Position numbers and translations under genes: made by a program
Shown here: piece by piece, positions 1 to 14,329 of the stretch
How positions within the stretch are numbered: the stretch's first letter is position 1
Layout of the letters: each line of letters opens with the position of its first letter
Notes under the pieces: model-generated
Databases searched by the model: none
What the model saw: the letters and a program-made list of their open reading frames with translations, nothing else
What the model was told of the DNA's origin: nothing
From: the human T2T-CHM13v2.0 reference genome, Homo sapiens
Length of the DNA: 64,000 nucleotides
Reading direction: 5' to 3'
NCBI GenBank assembly: GCA_009914755.4
Contig: CP068257.2
Coordinates: 43,456,001 to 43,520,000 of the forward strand

Positions 1-1810
1 GTCAGGGTGAAGAGGCCCTGGAGGCTGATGCTTCCGGCCAAGGGCTTCTTCTGGATTTTCAAATAAAGTCCCAGAACAGAATTACTTTATGTTTTAATTT
101 CAGGCAAATGTCTCTCATCTGCCCTTTTAAGTACATTAGGATTGGGTTTTTCGACCCTGCACAGCACATGGGGGCTCCTCAGAGAAGTGTCTGATAAAAT
201 AAAATTAAATAACTCGCTTTTTAGCACTTCGTTTTTACTGGTGATTTGTTAGTCATTGATTGAGGTGATTGTGATTGATCCAATTATTTGTCTGCCCATC
301 CTGATTGTAACTTTTTTTATTTACAGGATTTTAAAAGATAGTTTCTTGATCTTAATGTTATATTTAACGTTCTCTTTCATAAGATGGTTTTTTGATGACT
401 TTGTGTTTAAAAAGTGAGGGTCTTTTGAGAAATAGAATATATCAAATTATTTGTTCAGAAACATTCAAAAGCATTTTTTCCAACTCTGCAAGCAGTTGTC
501 TGTTAAAGCAATTAGCGTGTACCCAATTAGAGCTCTGTTCAAGATCCCTCACTGATAACCTCTGTGAGGCTGTTGGTCCGTGTCTTTATCAAGCAGTAGT
601 GTGGCTTCCCAGGTACTGTCAGCTCATTTTGGACCCAATACTAGTTTATTGCCTGAAATTACCTTTAAACTGGAAAATCTTCAAGTAAAATTTTTGAGAG
701 TTTTTGATTAATCCCCTAGGATACTTTTGAATGATAGGTTTTGGGGAGATACATTTGGTTGTTTTGGCACCACTACCATCAGCCTCACTCACGTGCTGCC
801 AGGCGCCCCGCCAGATCAGGGAACATCCTCTGTACATGGAAGCAGCCCCGAGCACTATGTCTGCTTGTGTTTCTGCTCTCAAGGTTTCTACGGCCCTGCA
901 CGTGGGCCCTGCTGAGGCCCCAGACTGCTTCCTCACACAGCTGACCTGGTGGGCTTCCTGTCCACACAGCTGCCCTTCCTGTCCTCCCATCCAACCTCTC
1001 GCATCATGTTGAGGGGAGAGAGGGGGGCAAATGAGACATGGTCCTTGCTTTCATGGAAATTTCTAGTGATGCAGATGTCTGTATATCAAGTACTCACACA
1101 AGCAGATGTAAAGTCATAACTGTGATGAAGGAAGACCAATTGAGGACCTCCATCAGCCGAGGGGCCTGGACGCTCACTGAGAGGCGAGGTTTGCACTCAG
1201 TCTCCTTGCCCAAAGCTGGCAGCCTCATTCTGCTGCCCATGTGCTGGGCACCTTCTCCACTATCACGACTTCCTTGACATTTCAGTCTGTTCTGTTCAAG
1301 TTTTGGCCTTCCATCCCTCTGAAATGGGTCTTGCTAGTCACTAATGATCTGTCTCTTGTTAAGGTCAGTGGCCTGTATTTCGTCCTGGTCTCAATCAGTG
1401 TCTCAACAGGACTGTACAGAACTAGCCAACCTCTTGGATTCTGTGGGCAGTGCCACCCTGGCATCCTTCTGGCTCAGTCTTCTGTGCAGGTCCCCCAGTC
1501 ACCAGGAGCCCTGCAGGTGCAGCCTACCTGCCCCCAGCCCAGGCTGCGCTCCCTGCTTGCTCTGCGTGTGATGCTCCGGCCTTTGCCGTGAGCTCTGACA
1601 CAGTGCAGCACAGACCTGCTTGAGCTCTGGATCCCCTCCCCAGGCTCCTGTCCATCCTGCCCCCTTTCAGCTTCCTGCAGTGACCATTGCCTGGAACTCA
1701 ACCCAGTGTTTTTTCTCTGCCCCCTTTTTCTGTTAGCTCTTCCCCCAGTGGTGTGGGGCTGGGACAGGGGCCTCACATTGTCGTCCACGTTTCCCGAGGC
1801 TTCTGTCTCT

Positions 1811-1903
1811 CCATCCCGCTGTTTCAGGGTTCTGCATCCTGCTGTTTCAGGGTTCTGCATCCCGCTGTTTCAGGGTTCTGCATCCCGCTGTTTCAGGGTG
1901 CAC
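1811..1903. repeat. Tandem repeat, about 24-bp unit (ctgtttcagggttctgcatcccg) in about 3.8 copies
   Basis: Directly visible near-identical consecutive copies, with one c/t difference between copies. Confidence 0.85.
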
Positions 1904-3035
1904 GTTTCCTTCTCGGGCTTGGCTCCTTGGGTCATGTCTCCAGCCTGACGTTCCAGCTGAGAGGTGGTGAGGCAGGAAGGGGTGTCTCTGCATCAGGAAA
2001 GCGATAAGGAGTTCAGGAAACCCAGTGTCTCTCATTGGCTGGAAGAGTATTACACGGCTACCTCTGGTTGCCCAGATGCCTGGGGCAGGGTCTGTGCTCG
2101 AGAAAATAAGGCTCTGTGAGTAAGGGTCTCCCACAGCCAGATCAACAAGGAGCTGTAGGCTGTAAGTCCTGGTTCCTGACTGAGGGAGGCCTAAAAAGTG
2201 GGGCTGTTGGGGCTTTATATTTAGCACCCACTTTTTACCCTCTCAAATTCCAGACCAGTTGAGAGAGCCGCACACACTGTAGATAGGCAAGTGGAGATCA
2301 GATACAGGCTCTGTTTTAGATAAAAGCAACTGGAGAAAGTGGCTGACTGGCCAAGCGGGTTTGCTAATCCTTTATCCCAAATTAGACAAACTTCCCACCT
2401 AGTAACGAGCATGGCTGGGGGCAAGCCCCTTCCACGTGGCAGGAGAAGAAACCCTAGCACTTTGGTGTGGGTGCGCCTAGCCCAAGAGGAGAGGAGGACC
2501 GGCTGGGCTAAGCAGCCCATTTCCTCCTTCTAGATGCCTCCTTCTGCAGGAAAGAGTGCGTGAGTTGGATTCTGTCCACAGGGAACAGAAGCGCAAGGGA
2601 CAAGTGCCCCCTCTGCTCTGAGGAAGGGTTTTGCATATCTCCTGTTGGAAGTCTGGAAGCTGGGCAGTCTCGCTCCCTGCACCAGCTGTGCCGGCCCTGC
2701 CTGTCTTCCTGCAGGTCTGGGCTGGCTGCTGTGGGCCTGTGTCCTCAACACTGCCCTGCCCTGAGGCTGTTGGAGGGACAGCCCCAGTGCTCCCCCTTCA
2801 TCATCCACTCTCCTTTCCCTTTAGTGTTTCTATCTCTGGATTTGTTTCTGGTGAGCCTTCCCTCCAGAAGGAACTGCTCTTGTCCCCATGTACTTCCTCG
2901 AGGCCTCCCTGGTCGTTCCTAGGGGCGATCATACTATAGAAAGAACCCATCATTGTCACCCAGAAGTGCTCCTGAGAGATGAGGGAACCTCTGGGGAAGC
3001 CAGCTTGGGCTTCGGGAGGAATTTTCTCCTCTCTT

Positions 3036-3320
3036 TATTTTTATTTTATTTTTTTGAGACAGAGTCTGTCTCTGTCGCCCAGGCGGTGCAGTGGCACTGC
3101 CAGCTCTGCCTCCCGGGTTCACACCATTCTCCTGCCTCAGCCTCCTGAGTAGCTGGAACCACAGGCGCCTGCCACCACGCCCGGCTAATTTTTTGTATTT
3201 TTAGTAGAGACGGGGTTTCACCGTGTTAGTCAGGATGGTCTCGATCTCCTGACCTTGTGATCCACCCACCTTGGCCTCCCAAAGTGCTAGGATTACAGGT
3301 GTGAGCCACTGCGCCCAGCC
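3036..3320 (-). mobile_element. Alu SINE, full length, minus orientation, T-rich tail at left
   Basis: Reverse-complement match to the Alu consensus (gagacagagtct...ggattacaggtgtgagccactgcgcccagcc), preceded by a T-rich tail. Confidence 0.95.
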
Positions 3321-5645
3321 TTTCTCCTCTTTTTAAATGTTCTCAAGTAGCTTCCTCTTCAAGTCCGGTTTCTTTTTCTTGTTTTCTGCTGGGAACTAGA
3401 TGTAGTTCCCCTCCTTCCTCAGCAGCACCATTTAGGTACGAGACGGGTGGGGTTGGCCCTTTCCATTCTTTAAGGAGAGTATTTTCCACTGTGAGATGGT
3501 CACATACCTTCTCTTTGGTAACAGGACAAAAGAGCAAATGCTGGAAAAACTAAGCTTATGAGCTTTGGGGAAGCCTGATGTGCAAATGAGGGAGGCTAAC
3601 ATGATTTTCGGGCTACTGGATTGGTGCTCACTCCCAATTTGAAAACTAGTCAGGAGATACCGAGGCCCTGTGTGATGTGGTACAAAGTATAAGGCGTTGG
3701 CCATGGTAGAGAATCATGATTTTTTTTTTTTTTTCTGGAGGTGGGAAGCCATTGTGGTTGGGGGCATGAACTCAGAGTTGTGCCGTGGAAGGGTCCCTGT
3801 GGCAGGAGAACAGGTGGAGAGCAGACGCCGAGGGGCCGCTGTCCAGGCAGGAGTGATGGAGCATGGCTGGTGGGGACTTCAGACACATGTGCAAGGTTCT
3901 GAGGATGCCTGGGTGCTGGCCATGTGGCAAGGTGGAAGGCAGTGCCTATGACTGGACAGCTGGGAGGGAGCCCACTGTGGTGATGGGGAGGGTAGACTAG
4001 CAGGTCTGTTTGGGTATGCTGACTTGGGGGCACTCAAGGGGAGCTGTCAGGGAGGCCATTGGGTGGAAGCAATTCCAGAGACAAACCGCTGCTCCCTAAA
4101 GGAAAAGGAGAGTGCCTTTGCCTTTCAACCTGAGCTCCATGTGGTCCTCTGGCCCAGCCTGCTAGGCAGCCTCGCCCTGCTCCCCACTGATGTCACACAG
4201 GTGTCACAAAATGAACATCTGAAACCAGAGCTTCATTTTCCTAAATTTCCTAGCCTTTCTCCTTACAGTGAACGTCACCAACACCCACCCAGCTGCTGGA
4301 AACCTGGCAGTCATCCTAGCCACCTCGCTTTCCCTCACCGTCACACCCAGTCCCCTCAAACATTTGTGCCTGCTGTCCCTGCGTTCGCTTCCCACCCGGG
4401 TGCTTGCCTTTCCACGTCTCCCTGCTGTCCAGCAGCTGGCAAGTCATTCCTGCCCTGTGCTTGCAGGCTCCACGGACCCACCAGGGCATCTGGAATACAA
4501 CTGTGACTTCCTCCTCACCCCACGGCTGTGCTTGACCCGGCTCCCATCTGTCTCCAGATCCCTTGGAGCACTCTCCCAGGTCTGCTGCAGGCCCATGGCC
4601 TCCTCCCTTGGACCACTCTCCCCGTCTCTGTCTAGGGGCTGCTCACAGCTTCCTAGAAGTTTCTTGCCTGGGCTTTGCTTATTCCCAGCTGGTGGCTTTC
4701 CATCTGTGCTCTTCCTCTGCTGACGGCCCCTTCTGCCCCAGCTCATTATATGACCGTTGTCTCCCATCCCGTCCCGACCTGCCTGTTTATGGAGGCATCC
4801 TCTAGGTTCTCAGTGGAGGGTGCCTGGCCCCTGGAACAAAACTGTTGAGTTTGAATCATCCCCACCCTGCCTCTTCCTAGCTGCAGTGCTGGGCCTCAGT
4901 TTCCCTATGTGCAAAATGGGGACACTCAAACCTGCCTCATTCCCGTGAGGATTACATGATTAGGTAAAGTGTTCGTGGCAGTGTGGGGGATGGCGAGTGC
5001 TAGGCAGGAGCTGGAGGCTGTTCTCTTTGGGCTATTTGCACACATATGCTCTTAGCCTCCTTTCGAGCACTTTCCTCAGCCTTCAATCTTGTGTATATTT
5101 GTGTGTGTTTCTCTTTTAGGAGAGAGACTTCTCTGGCATTGACTGGACAACTGTCAGAGCTTATCCTTGACCTGAGCTCACTGCCTCTGCCTCAGAATTG
5201 GGGGTCAGGTTATTCTTAGTATTCTAGGTTTATAAGGCCAGACAGAGTCCTTCTTCCCTGTAGAGCAGAAATGACCCCTAATATAGGAGCATATTGTTTT
5301 CCCTCAGCAGAGCAAATGCTTCAGTAGTAGTGTTACCAGCAGACAGATGGCGCTTTAGAGGTGACATGTGATAGATGCTTGGGACTGAAATTTAGCCGTG
5401 GATCATAGCCTGAATGGGATTTTCACGCATGTCTTCCCTCTCAGGATTTCTCTTAAGGGTTGTTGATTCCACATTTCTCCTTGAGGAGGGGGTGGTGGTA
5501 GGGCTGGTGACCGGGGAACTGTAATTTCCTGTGGGAGAGCAGCAATTTCATTATTCCTTTAATGAAGCTATAGTTGATCATCCTTCAGTGCCTAGTATAC
5601 AGCCTGTTAAATTAGGGTCTTCGGATTGCTCTGCAAGCCTTTTTA

Positions 5646-5941
<296 letters not shown>

Positions 5942-6789
5942 TTTACAATTTATGTTAAAATATGTCATTTTAAGTTATGTAAATCCAAGCATAATTACTG
6001 AACACAAGGCTCAATCCAAAACATGCACAGTAAGCCCGTGTGAAGTGTTCACATGCTGTTCTGAGGCTGGCTGGATCTGGAGTTTCTGGGAGTGCTCTCT
6101 TGGGCTGGCACGTCTTGGGCTGTGGGGGCCCTGAAGCCCTCCTAGATGCTGGACATTGGTGTGTGTGCAACTTGGTGGTGGTGTTGGGGTTACTTTCCAG
6201 AAGCTACTCAAGGCTTAGTCTCAGTTTCTATCTAAAGATATTTATATGGGAAGTATTCCAAATGTGGATTTATAAAGATAACACATGGATAGAAATAGTG
6301 TAAAACTTGTGTGAACTGAACCAGCCAAGCTTCTAGTCTTCCCTTTCCAAAACTTTCCTTTTTCTCCCCCCGTGTTAAAGATTTAAAAATATATGTTTAA
6401 AAAGGTCACTTTTAACTTGTAAAAATTATTCAACATATACAGAAATTTAAAAAGCAGCATTGCAGGTTATGTGAGATTATGTATGTCTGCTCTTTGGAAC
6501 TAGGTTGAAATGATAGCTACAAGGTTCTTTGGAAGAATGGGGATGTGTGGGTGAGAGTGGAGTAGACAGGCTGGGCTTACTAACTAGGCTTGCACTGGCC
6601 CCCGTCAGTCACTGTTCCCAAGTCAAATACTGCATTGCACTGAACACCAGAGCAGCAGTGCATTTCCTAGAGAACTCTGCAAGGCTACAGGTGGCAGACT
6701 TAGGGAGCGCTTGCCATCCCTGCCCTTCCCAGCTCTACCCAGAACAAGGAGGCCTCGCACACTACCTGGTCATATTTTGACTTCATGCA

Positions 6790-6795
6790 TTTAAT
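6790..6795 (-). other. Candidate polyadenylation hexamer ATTAAA (minus strand), about 300 nt downstream of the 7096 stop, with a GU-rich element (minus-strand ggtagtgtgcgagg, about 6753-6766) just beyond
   Basis: Plus-strand tttaat at 6790-6795, with spacing consistent with a 3-prime UTR of the minus-strand ORF. Confidence 0.25.
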
Positions 6796-7095
6796 GAACC
6801 AAACTAAAGGTAAATATTTTCTTTTGATTCCCAAGGCAGACTTGTGGGTACCCAAGTTCCTCAGCCCATCTTTAACTCAGTAGGATGTGGCATCTCCATT
6901 GAGGCTCTTCATGGAATCCCTGGAGGTGAAACCTCGGTGTCCGGTTGCTCCAAACCAGTGCTGGTGGGATTCAGTTTTCTGGACCCATTTCTGGGTGAAG
7001 TCAAGGAATGGAGGCGGGCGGCTGTCAAGCGTCTCTGTTGCTCAATGGGGCAGGCCAGTCCCAGCGGCGACTTAGAGGTGGCTGGCTGGGCGTCC

Positions 7096-7329
7096 CTACA
7101 GGAGAATGGGCCACAGGGCCAGCGGGGCCAGCAGGATGAGCAGGCCTGGTTTGGGGTATGGGCCGCAGGCGTGGAGCTCGATGCTGGGCAGGGGCCTGCT
7201 CACTGACGAGTTGCCACCCGGGATTGGGGTAGGGGTGGGCGCGGTGGTCTCGGGCTCTGAGCGGCTCTGCACCGGCAGGAGCAGGACTGGCAGCAGCAGC
7301 AGCAGCGCCAGTGCGGATCGGGCCGCCAT
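7096..7329 (-). CDS. Candidate intronless small ORF (77 aa) with signal peptide and GPI-anchor-like tail: MAARSALALLLLLPVLLLPVQS/RSEPETTAPTPTPIPGGNSSVSRPLPSIELHACGPYPKPGLLILLAPLALWPILL
   Basis: ATG in Kozak context (gccATGg) inside the CpG island, with a complete ORF to TAG. N-terminal hydrophobic core partly encoded by (CTG)5, then a Pro/Thr-rich stretch and an N-S-S sequon. Small residues A-C-G followed by a 15-residue hydrophobic C-terminus. The track ORF 7096..7335 begins at an upstream TTG; the real ATG is at 7329. Confidence 0.35.
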   Translation of the reverse strand: MAARSALALLLLLPVLLLPVQSRSEPETTAPTPTPIPGGNSSVSRPLPSIELHACGPYPKPGLLILLAPLALWPILL

Positions 7330-7441
7330 GGCCAAGCGCTCCGGCTCGTCCCGTAGCAGTGCCGCGGCGGCGGCCGCTGCCGGGAGTGTCTGTTCCGCGG
7401 TTACGCGGGGTCCTCTCCGGTCCTGTCCAGTGAGGTCCTGA
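7328..7441 (+). CDS. Alternative short ORF on the opposite strand sharing the same palindromic CCATGG (MAKRSGSSRSSAAAAAAAGSVCSAVTRGPLRSCPVRS); possible divergent first exon, with a weak donor-like CA|GTGAGG near 7428
   Basis: Perfect Kozak gccgccATGGcc on the plus strand, but a short low-complexity product. Confidence 0.15.
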   Translation: MAKRSGSSRSSAAAAAAAGSVCSAVTRGPLRSCPVRS

Positions 7442-8175
7442 CAGCTGTACCCTGGCCCAACCCCTGCCCACGGCTGTTAACGATCAGCCTCGGGGAGCAG
7501 GTGTGCCGCCACGCGCGCCGTAGCGCTCCGGAGCTGGCTCTGCGCTCACGTGCTCGCTGTGCCCTGCGCGCGGGCGGGCCGTGTCCCCGCAGCCCCGCGC
7601 CTGGCGCTGCCAAGCTGCCCAGCGGGCTTTAGCAGGTGCTGAAATGCCCGCTGCCAGTCGCCGAGTGCTGGGTGCAGAGGATCTCTCCAGACACCTAGGC
7701 TCCCTTCTTTCGCGGCACGTGGGAAAAACTCCTGAAGTGCGTGCACAGAGTTTTTGTTTTAGAGGCTTTGACGTTATGATTAAGTATACCTGTGATGTAA
7801 CGAAAACCTTTTTTAATGCTTCTCAAAAGATTTGCTAGCGTTTAACATTTACCTCCTGTACTGGAGTTTAAAGGAAGCGTTGCTTCTTAAGTAATCAGTG
7901 ATCCTTTTGCTTTTGGAAATTGTAATGAACTTCACCATCGTAGAGCTTTAATATTTCTTTCCTGAAGCAGAAAGCATGTGAAATTTTCTGGATAGTGTAT
8001 ACTTAATACGCAAGCTTTTGGAGTTTTTGAATGCTGGGTATGTTAGCACACCAGTCTTGCTGACTATTACGTGGGAGATGAGTGCTGCTTAAAATTGTGT
8101 AAGGGGTCAGTAGTTACAGTGGTGGACATACTTTTGCCAGACATGGTTTATTTTAAAGTGAACATATTTTGTGCT

Positions 8176-8487
<312 letters not shown>

Positions 8488-9530
8488 TAATTCTAAATCA
8501 GAATTTCTATAATTATCTTCCTTACCTTGGTGTCTGTCTGTTATCAGCACAAGGGTTTAAAATAATTTTTGATTTCTTGGAAGTAATTACGCAGGCAGTT
8601 CAATGGGAGAAGGCACTTTCCTCAGCACATTTGGGGTGCTGTTGTCAGAAAGAAGGGGATGGATTCAAGTCAGCAAAACCAGCTGTAACCACAACTATAT
8701 TTTTTAAACATGTAGCTGCATGTTCCATAAAACAGCATATAAAAAATAGAGTGAGCATTCTTTATTGGAGAAATAGCTGATTCTAGGACTGGGCAGGAAA
8801 TAACACAAGTGCCAGGAATGCCAAGGAAATGGCAAGGAAATGCCGAGAAACAAACATAACCACACCCACATCAATGGGTGGTGTCAAAGGGACCCAGGAG
8901 CCAACTGAAAGAGCTCCCAGTGGCCAAAGCTGGAACAGTTTCTACAACAAAACAAAGTAGTATTGGATTATAGCCCAGAGATAAATAAATATCCATGAGT
9001 CCAGACTGACATAAATAAATGACTGATAAATGAGGAGAAAAGACAAAGCTCCTTTTCCAGCACAATTCCAGATCATCTCTGCATCTGCTGTATCTGCTGT
9101 GTCTTCCAGGAGGTGGAGCACAACCCTTACCCCAAGGCAAGGGCTGTGCAGAGCAACTTCCTTCCAGAGAGGACAGCATGGAAGTGGGGCGGGGGGCTCA
9201 ACCCAGCAGGGGCCAGGTCAGCCTCACAGTGGTCAGTCACGGTGACAGGGTGTGCCTGATACAGTGGAGTGACAGTGGGCCTTCACCTCTGGGGGCTTCA
9301 TCCCCAAACTCAGTCCCTTCCTGTACCATGAGAAAAACATCAGACAGATCCCAGCTGAGGGACAGCTTCCTCAACAGTCAAAAACCAAGAAGAGTCTGAG
9401 AAACTCACAGCCAAGAGGGGCCTAGGGAGCCATGACATCTCAATGTCACGTGGGATCCTGGACGACTGAATCTGACGAAAGTGTGGATTTCAGTTAATAA
9501 CAATGTGTTAATTAATACTGGTCCGTTAAA

Positions 9531-9981
9531 CCAGCAGTCCTCAACCTTTTTGGCACCAGGGACTGGTGACAATTTTTCCATGGGCCGAGGTGGGGGCTGG
9601 GAGAATGGTTTGGGGATGATTCCAGCGCATTACATTTATTGTGCATTTTCTTTCCATGATTACATTGTAATATATAATGAAATAATCATACAACTCAGCA
9701 TCATGTAGAATCAGTGGGAGCCCTGAGCTTGTTTTCCTGCAACTAGATGGTCCCATCGGGGGTAAGGGGAGACAGTGGCAGATCATCAGACATTGGATTC
9801 TTATAAGGAATGTGCAACCTAGACCCCTCACATGCGCAGTTCACAATAGGGTTCCAGTCCTGTGAGAATCTAATGCTGCCACTGATCTGACAGAATCAGT
9901 GCAAGAACTGATTCTCTGAAGCCCAGTTCCTAACAGGTCATGGACTGTTACTTGTCCATGGCCCAGGGGTTGGGACTCCTG
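9531..9981. mobile_element. Non-autonomous DNA transposon (MITE-like, hAT/MER-type), about 450 bp with terminal inverted repeats
   Basis: Left end cagcagtcctcaacctttttggcaccagggac. Right end gtccatggcccaggggttgggactcctg, which is its inverse complement. Internal blocks (cagatcatcagacattggattcttataagga, cgcagttcacaatagggtt) match a common human DNA-transposon consensus recalled from memory; the exact family name is not certain. Confidence 0.7.
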
Positions 9982-11247
9982 TATTAAACCGTGCTCATGT
10001 AAGATCTTAATAATAGAAAATGGGTGTGGGGTCTGTGGGGCCTTTCTGTCACATCTGCTCAATTTTTCTTCAAATCTAAAATTGTTCTAAAAATAACGTT
10101 TACTTTAAAAATAAGTGTTTTTTCAAAAACACTTTTTTGTGTCCTTATCTTCTGCTCCAAATAAATAATTATCCTGACTTTTGTGTAAGTGGTTCCACTA
10201 GTTTTCTTTGATTTCTTAACTCTGTCTGTTACCCTTACACAGTATATCCTTTGGTTTTGAAAACCGAGTAGTCAGGGCACACTTATCGAACCAGGCCCCA
10301 GGGGTCAGTGACGGTTGATCTCCAAGGGGTTCACTTTTGGGGAGGGGGGTCCCTCCTGGAGCAGTGCGTTCAGCTAGCTCGTATACTTTTTCACAAGTGT
10401 GTTCTGTTCCCTTCAGCGGGGTAGGCCTGCTACCCTCTCCTTCCACTTGGGCTTCCCCTTTCTTGTCTGTCTCCTTGTGCCTGGCAGCCTTGGGTATCTG
10501 TGATATGGCTGTGGTTAGTTTTGGTGCAGTGGGATATATTTATGTGCTGCAGTCACTTCTGTGAAGAGTTAGGTGCTGTCCGGGTGCTGTCAGCTTGGAT
10601 TCCGGAGTTGTCCTGTGCAGTGGAGGCTGTAAAGGAGCATTGTCAGGGAAGAGAGGCTGTTGCTACTGTACCCATTTGACTGGGGACTCCTGGGATAGAG
10701 TGAGTTCCAAGAAAGAGCAGGGAAGAATTGGGTCAGTGGAGACACAGTGGGGGTCAGGGCATGGACAGGCCGTGCTGCAGCTTGGAGATACAAAGAATGA
10801 GGGACGAACCCAGAACTGGAGGTGTTTCTCAAGAACAGAATCTTCAAAGGTTGAGATGAAACTCCCATCATACTTACTAGCAATAACCTCTAGCAAAGTT
10901 GAGGTGGTCTGTTTTGGCTAAATAAAATGGACATAGCATTGCTGGGCCCCTGTGAAGGGCTGGAAGCAGGGAAATGTCAGCAGTGGCAAGCGTGCCCTCT
11001 GGGGAGTAGGGAATTTCCCTGGCGCTGGCAGGCAGCCCATGCTGCCGTAGATGTTTCCTGCTGTCCTGGGTGGCCTCACACAGAGCAGCTCCACACCTGC
11101 TCTTTGAAGTTTTCTTGGGGTGCCTGCTGGCTACAAGGGGTCTAGATGTTTATGACACTGATATAAAGTCTCTGTGCTTCCCTTGGGGAAATGCTCCCAA
11201 GTATGAAGCACCCAGGTTCTGAGAACAGAGTTGGATAAAAAGGTTGA

Positions 11248-11679
<432 letters not shown>

Positions 11680-13199
11680 TGCTTCTTTGTATTTTAATAT
11701 TTGTGTATTTTATGATTTTCTAGAGAAGCATTGGTTTCATTTTGGCCTAAGTATGATACAAGAGGTGGAAGGCTGGTTTCTCTGTTTCCTTCAGCTGCTC
11801 CTGACTGGTCCTCATCTGTTCCTTCTCAGATCACAATTAACTGAATATATTTTAAAAGAGAAAACTCGTAAGTGCCCTAAGGAAATAAGGAATTATTTTG
11901 AACACTAAAGCTAAAAGCATTCTAACATTGTGTTGCTTTTATGTTCTTTACTAAATTTGCTTCATGCACACACACACATATATGAGTGTATTTCTCAGTA
12001 TGCAGATGATTTCAAGGACTGGCTTCCTTCGTGAAAACGTATTGTTGGTTGCAAGAAGATAGGGGACTGGAAACATGATTCGTCTGTCTGTAGAGGTGAA
12101 GTTCCAAGAAGCTCACCACTGTCCAGTCTTTATGCTTATGAACTTGTTGAGTGAGTTCTTTTTTTATAGTGTACCCATGTCTAGGAATTTTGGCTGAAAT
12201 CAGCTTCTTTGCTTTTTTAGGCTTTTTGCTAGTGATAGTGTTGTCTTTGTTCTGTAAAACAACTGTAAAGGAATACCAACAATCTAGTGCAGAAATTCTT
12301 CTGTAAGAACAAGCTACCCTGATGTCATGTCGTGTTTTAGGACTGTTTGCTTCTCAACCTGATGAAGTTGTTCTTAGCTGTTTGCTTTGTTTTCTCATCC
12401 ACAGCAGTATTCCTTTCTTTGTATCTTGAGCAGGCTTGTTAAATCCCGTGGGAGGCTTTTTTTTTTTTTATAGGTCCTTTCTCTACTTGGCTATGTTGCC
12501 TGCTGAGTTTAAAGCCTTTTTATGATATTTAACAAAGCCCTCTGTGTTCAGCGTGGGTTGTGGTTGTGTTTAATGTTTCAACCTAGACTCGTGTATTAAG
12601 TACAGATATCATCTGTCACTTAACTTAGCCTTGCTCTCAGTGTGTTTATCATCATGTCTCTAAGGCCATCCTAAATACGTGACCTGGAGAGAGAGGGGGT
12701 GGCTAGGCCAAATGCTGGGATGCCTGCACTCCGTTTCTTAGCCGTGAGTCTGTGCTTGGAAACCCACGAGAACTCTGGGGAGCCACAGGCCTTGGGGCTT
12801 TTAGCTGTCCCCCTTTTCTCTTACTCTCCGGATGAGTGACTTGGGAACTTCCGAGCAACTTAAAATATTTAGCTCACTTTACTTTAATAAACCATTTTTA
12901 GTGCTATCTATGATAGGGTCCTTCCAGTGGGAGGTACACAAATTTAACTTAACTATAGTTAAACAAGAGCCAGAAAGGTAAAGAAGGTATTGTTGAGAAC
13001 AAATACGGCTGGATGCACTTTTGGGGTGCAAATTTGTCTCTTCTCTGTGTCAGTTGTATCTCCCCAAAGCAAGGAATAAGTGCTGGAGTTGAGTGCGTCA
13101 GAGCAGGGCTTGTGGCAAGGCAGGAAGAGGCTGCACAAAGCACAGATGTGCAGTTTCATTAGTCAATATGGAGGAATCCTGAGGTACCCACTGGCTATG

Positions 13200-14329
<1,130 letters not shown>

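Larger units (their letters stand above)
7010..7735. promoter_or_regulatory. CpG island / candidate promoter, possibly bidirectional
   Basis: Very high G+C and dense CpG dinucleotides (e.g. gccgcggcggcggccgctgccggg, cgcgcgggcgggccgtgtccccgcagccccgcgcc). Unmethylated-island composition in an otherwise AT-rich, CpG-depleted window. Contains cacgtg E-boxes and a Kozak ATG. Confidence 0.75.

Noticed and set aside
4024-4723. Overlapping 150-160-aa ORFs
   Set aside because: Pro/Ser/Leu-rich with no start or splice context. The most likely explanation is ordinary intronic sequence with chance open frames.
7025-7471. 148-aa minus-strand ORF in another frame of the CpG island (MGRGWARVQLSGPHWTGPERTPRNRGT...)
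   Set aside because: It is a GC-rich out-of-frame readthrough with Arg/Gly/Pro/Ala-rich composition and no initiator context. Only the signal-peptide frame (7096-7329) has coherent protein-like architecture.
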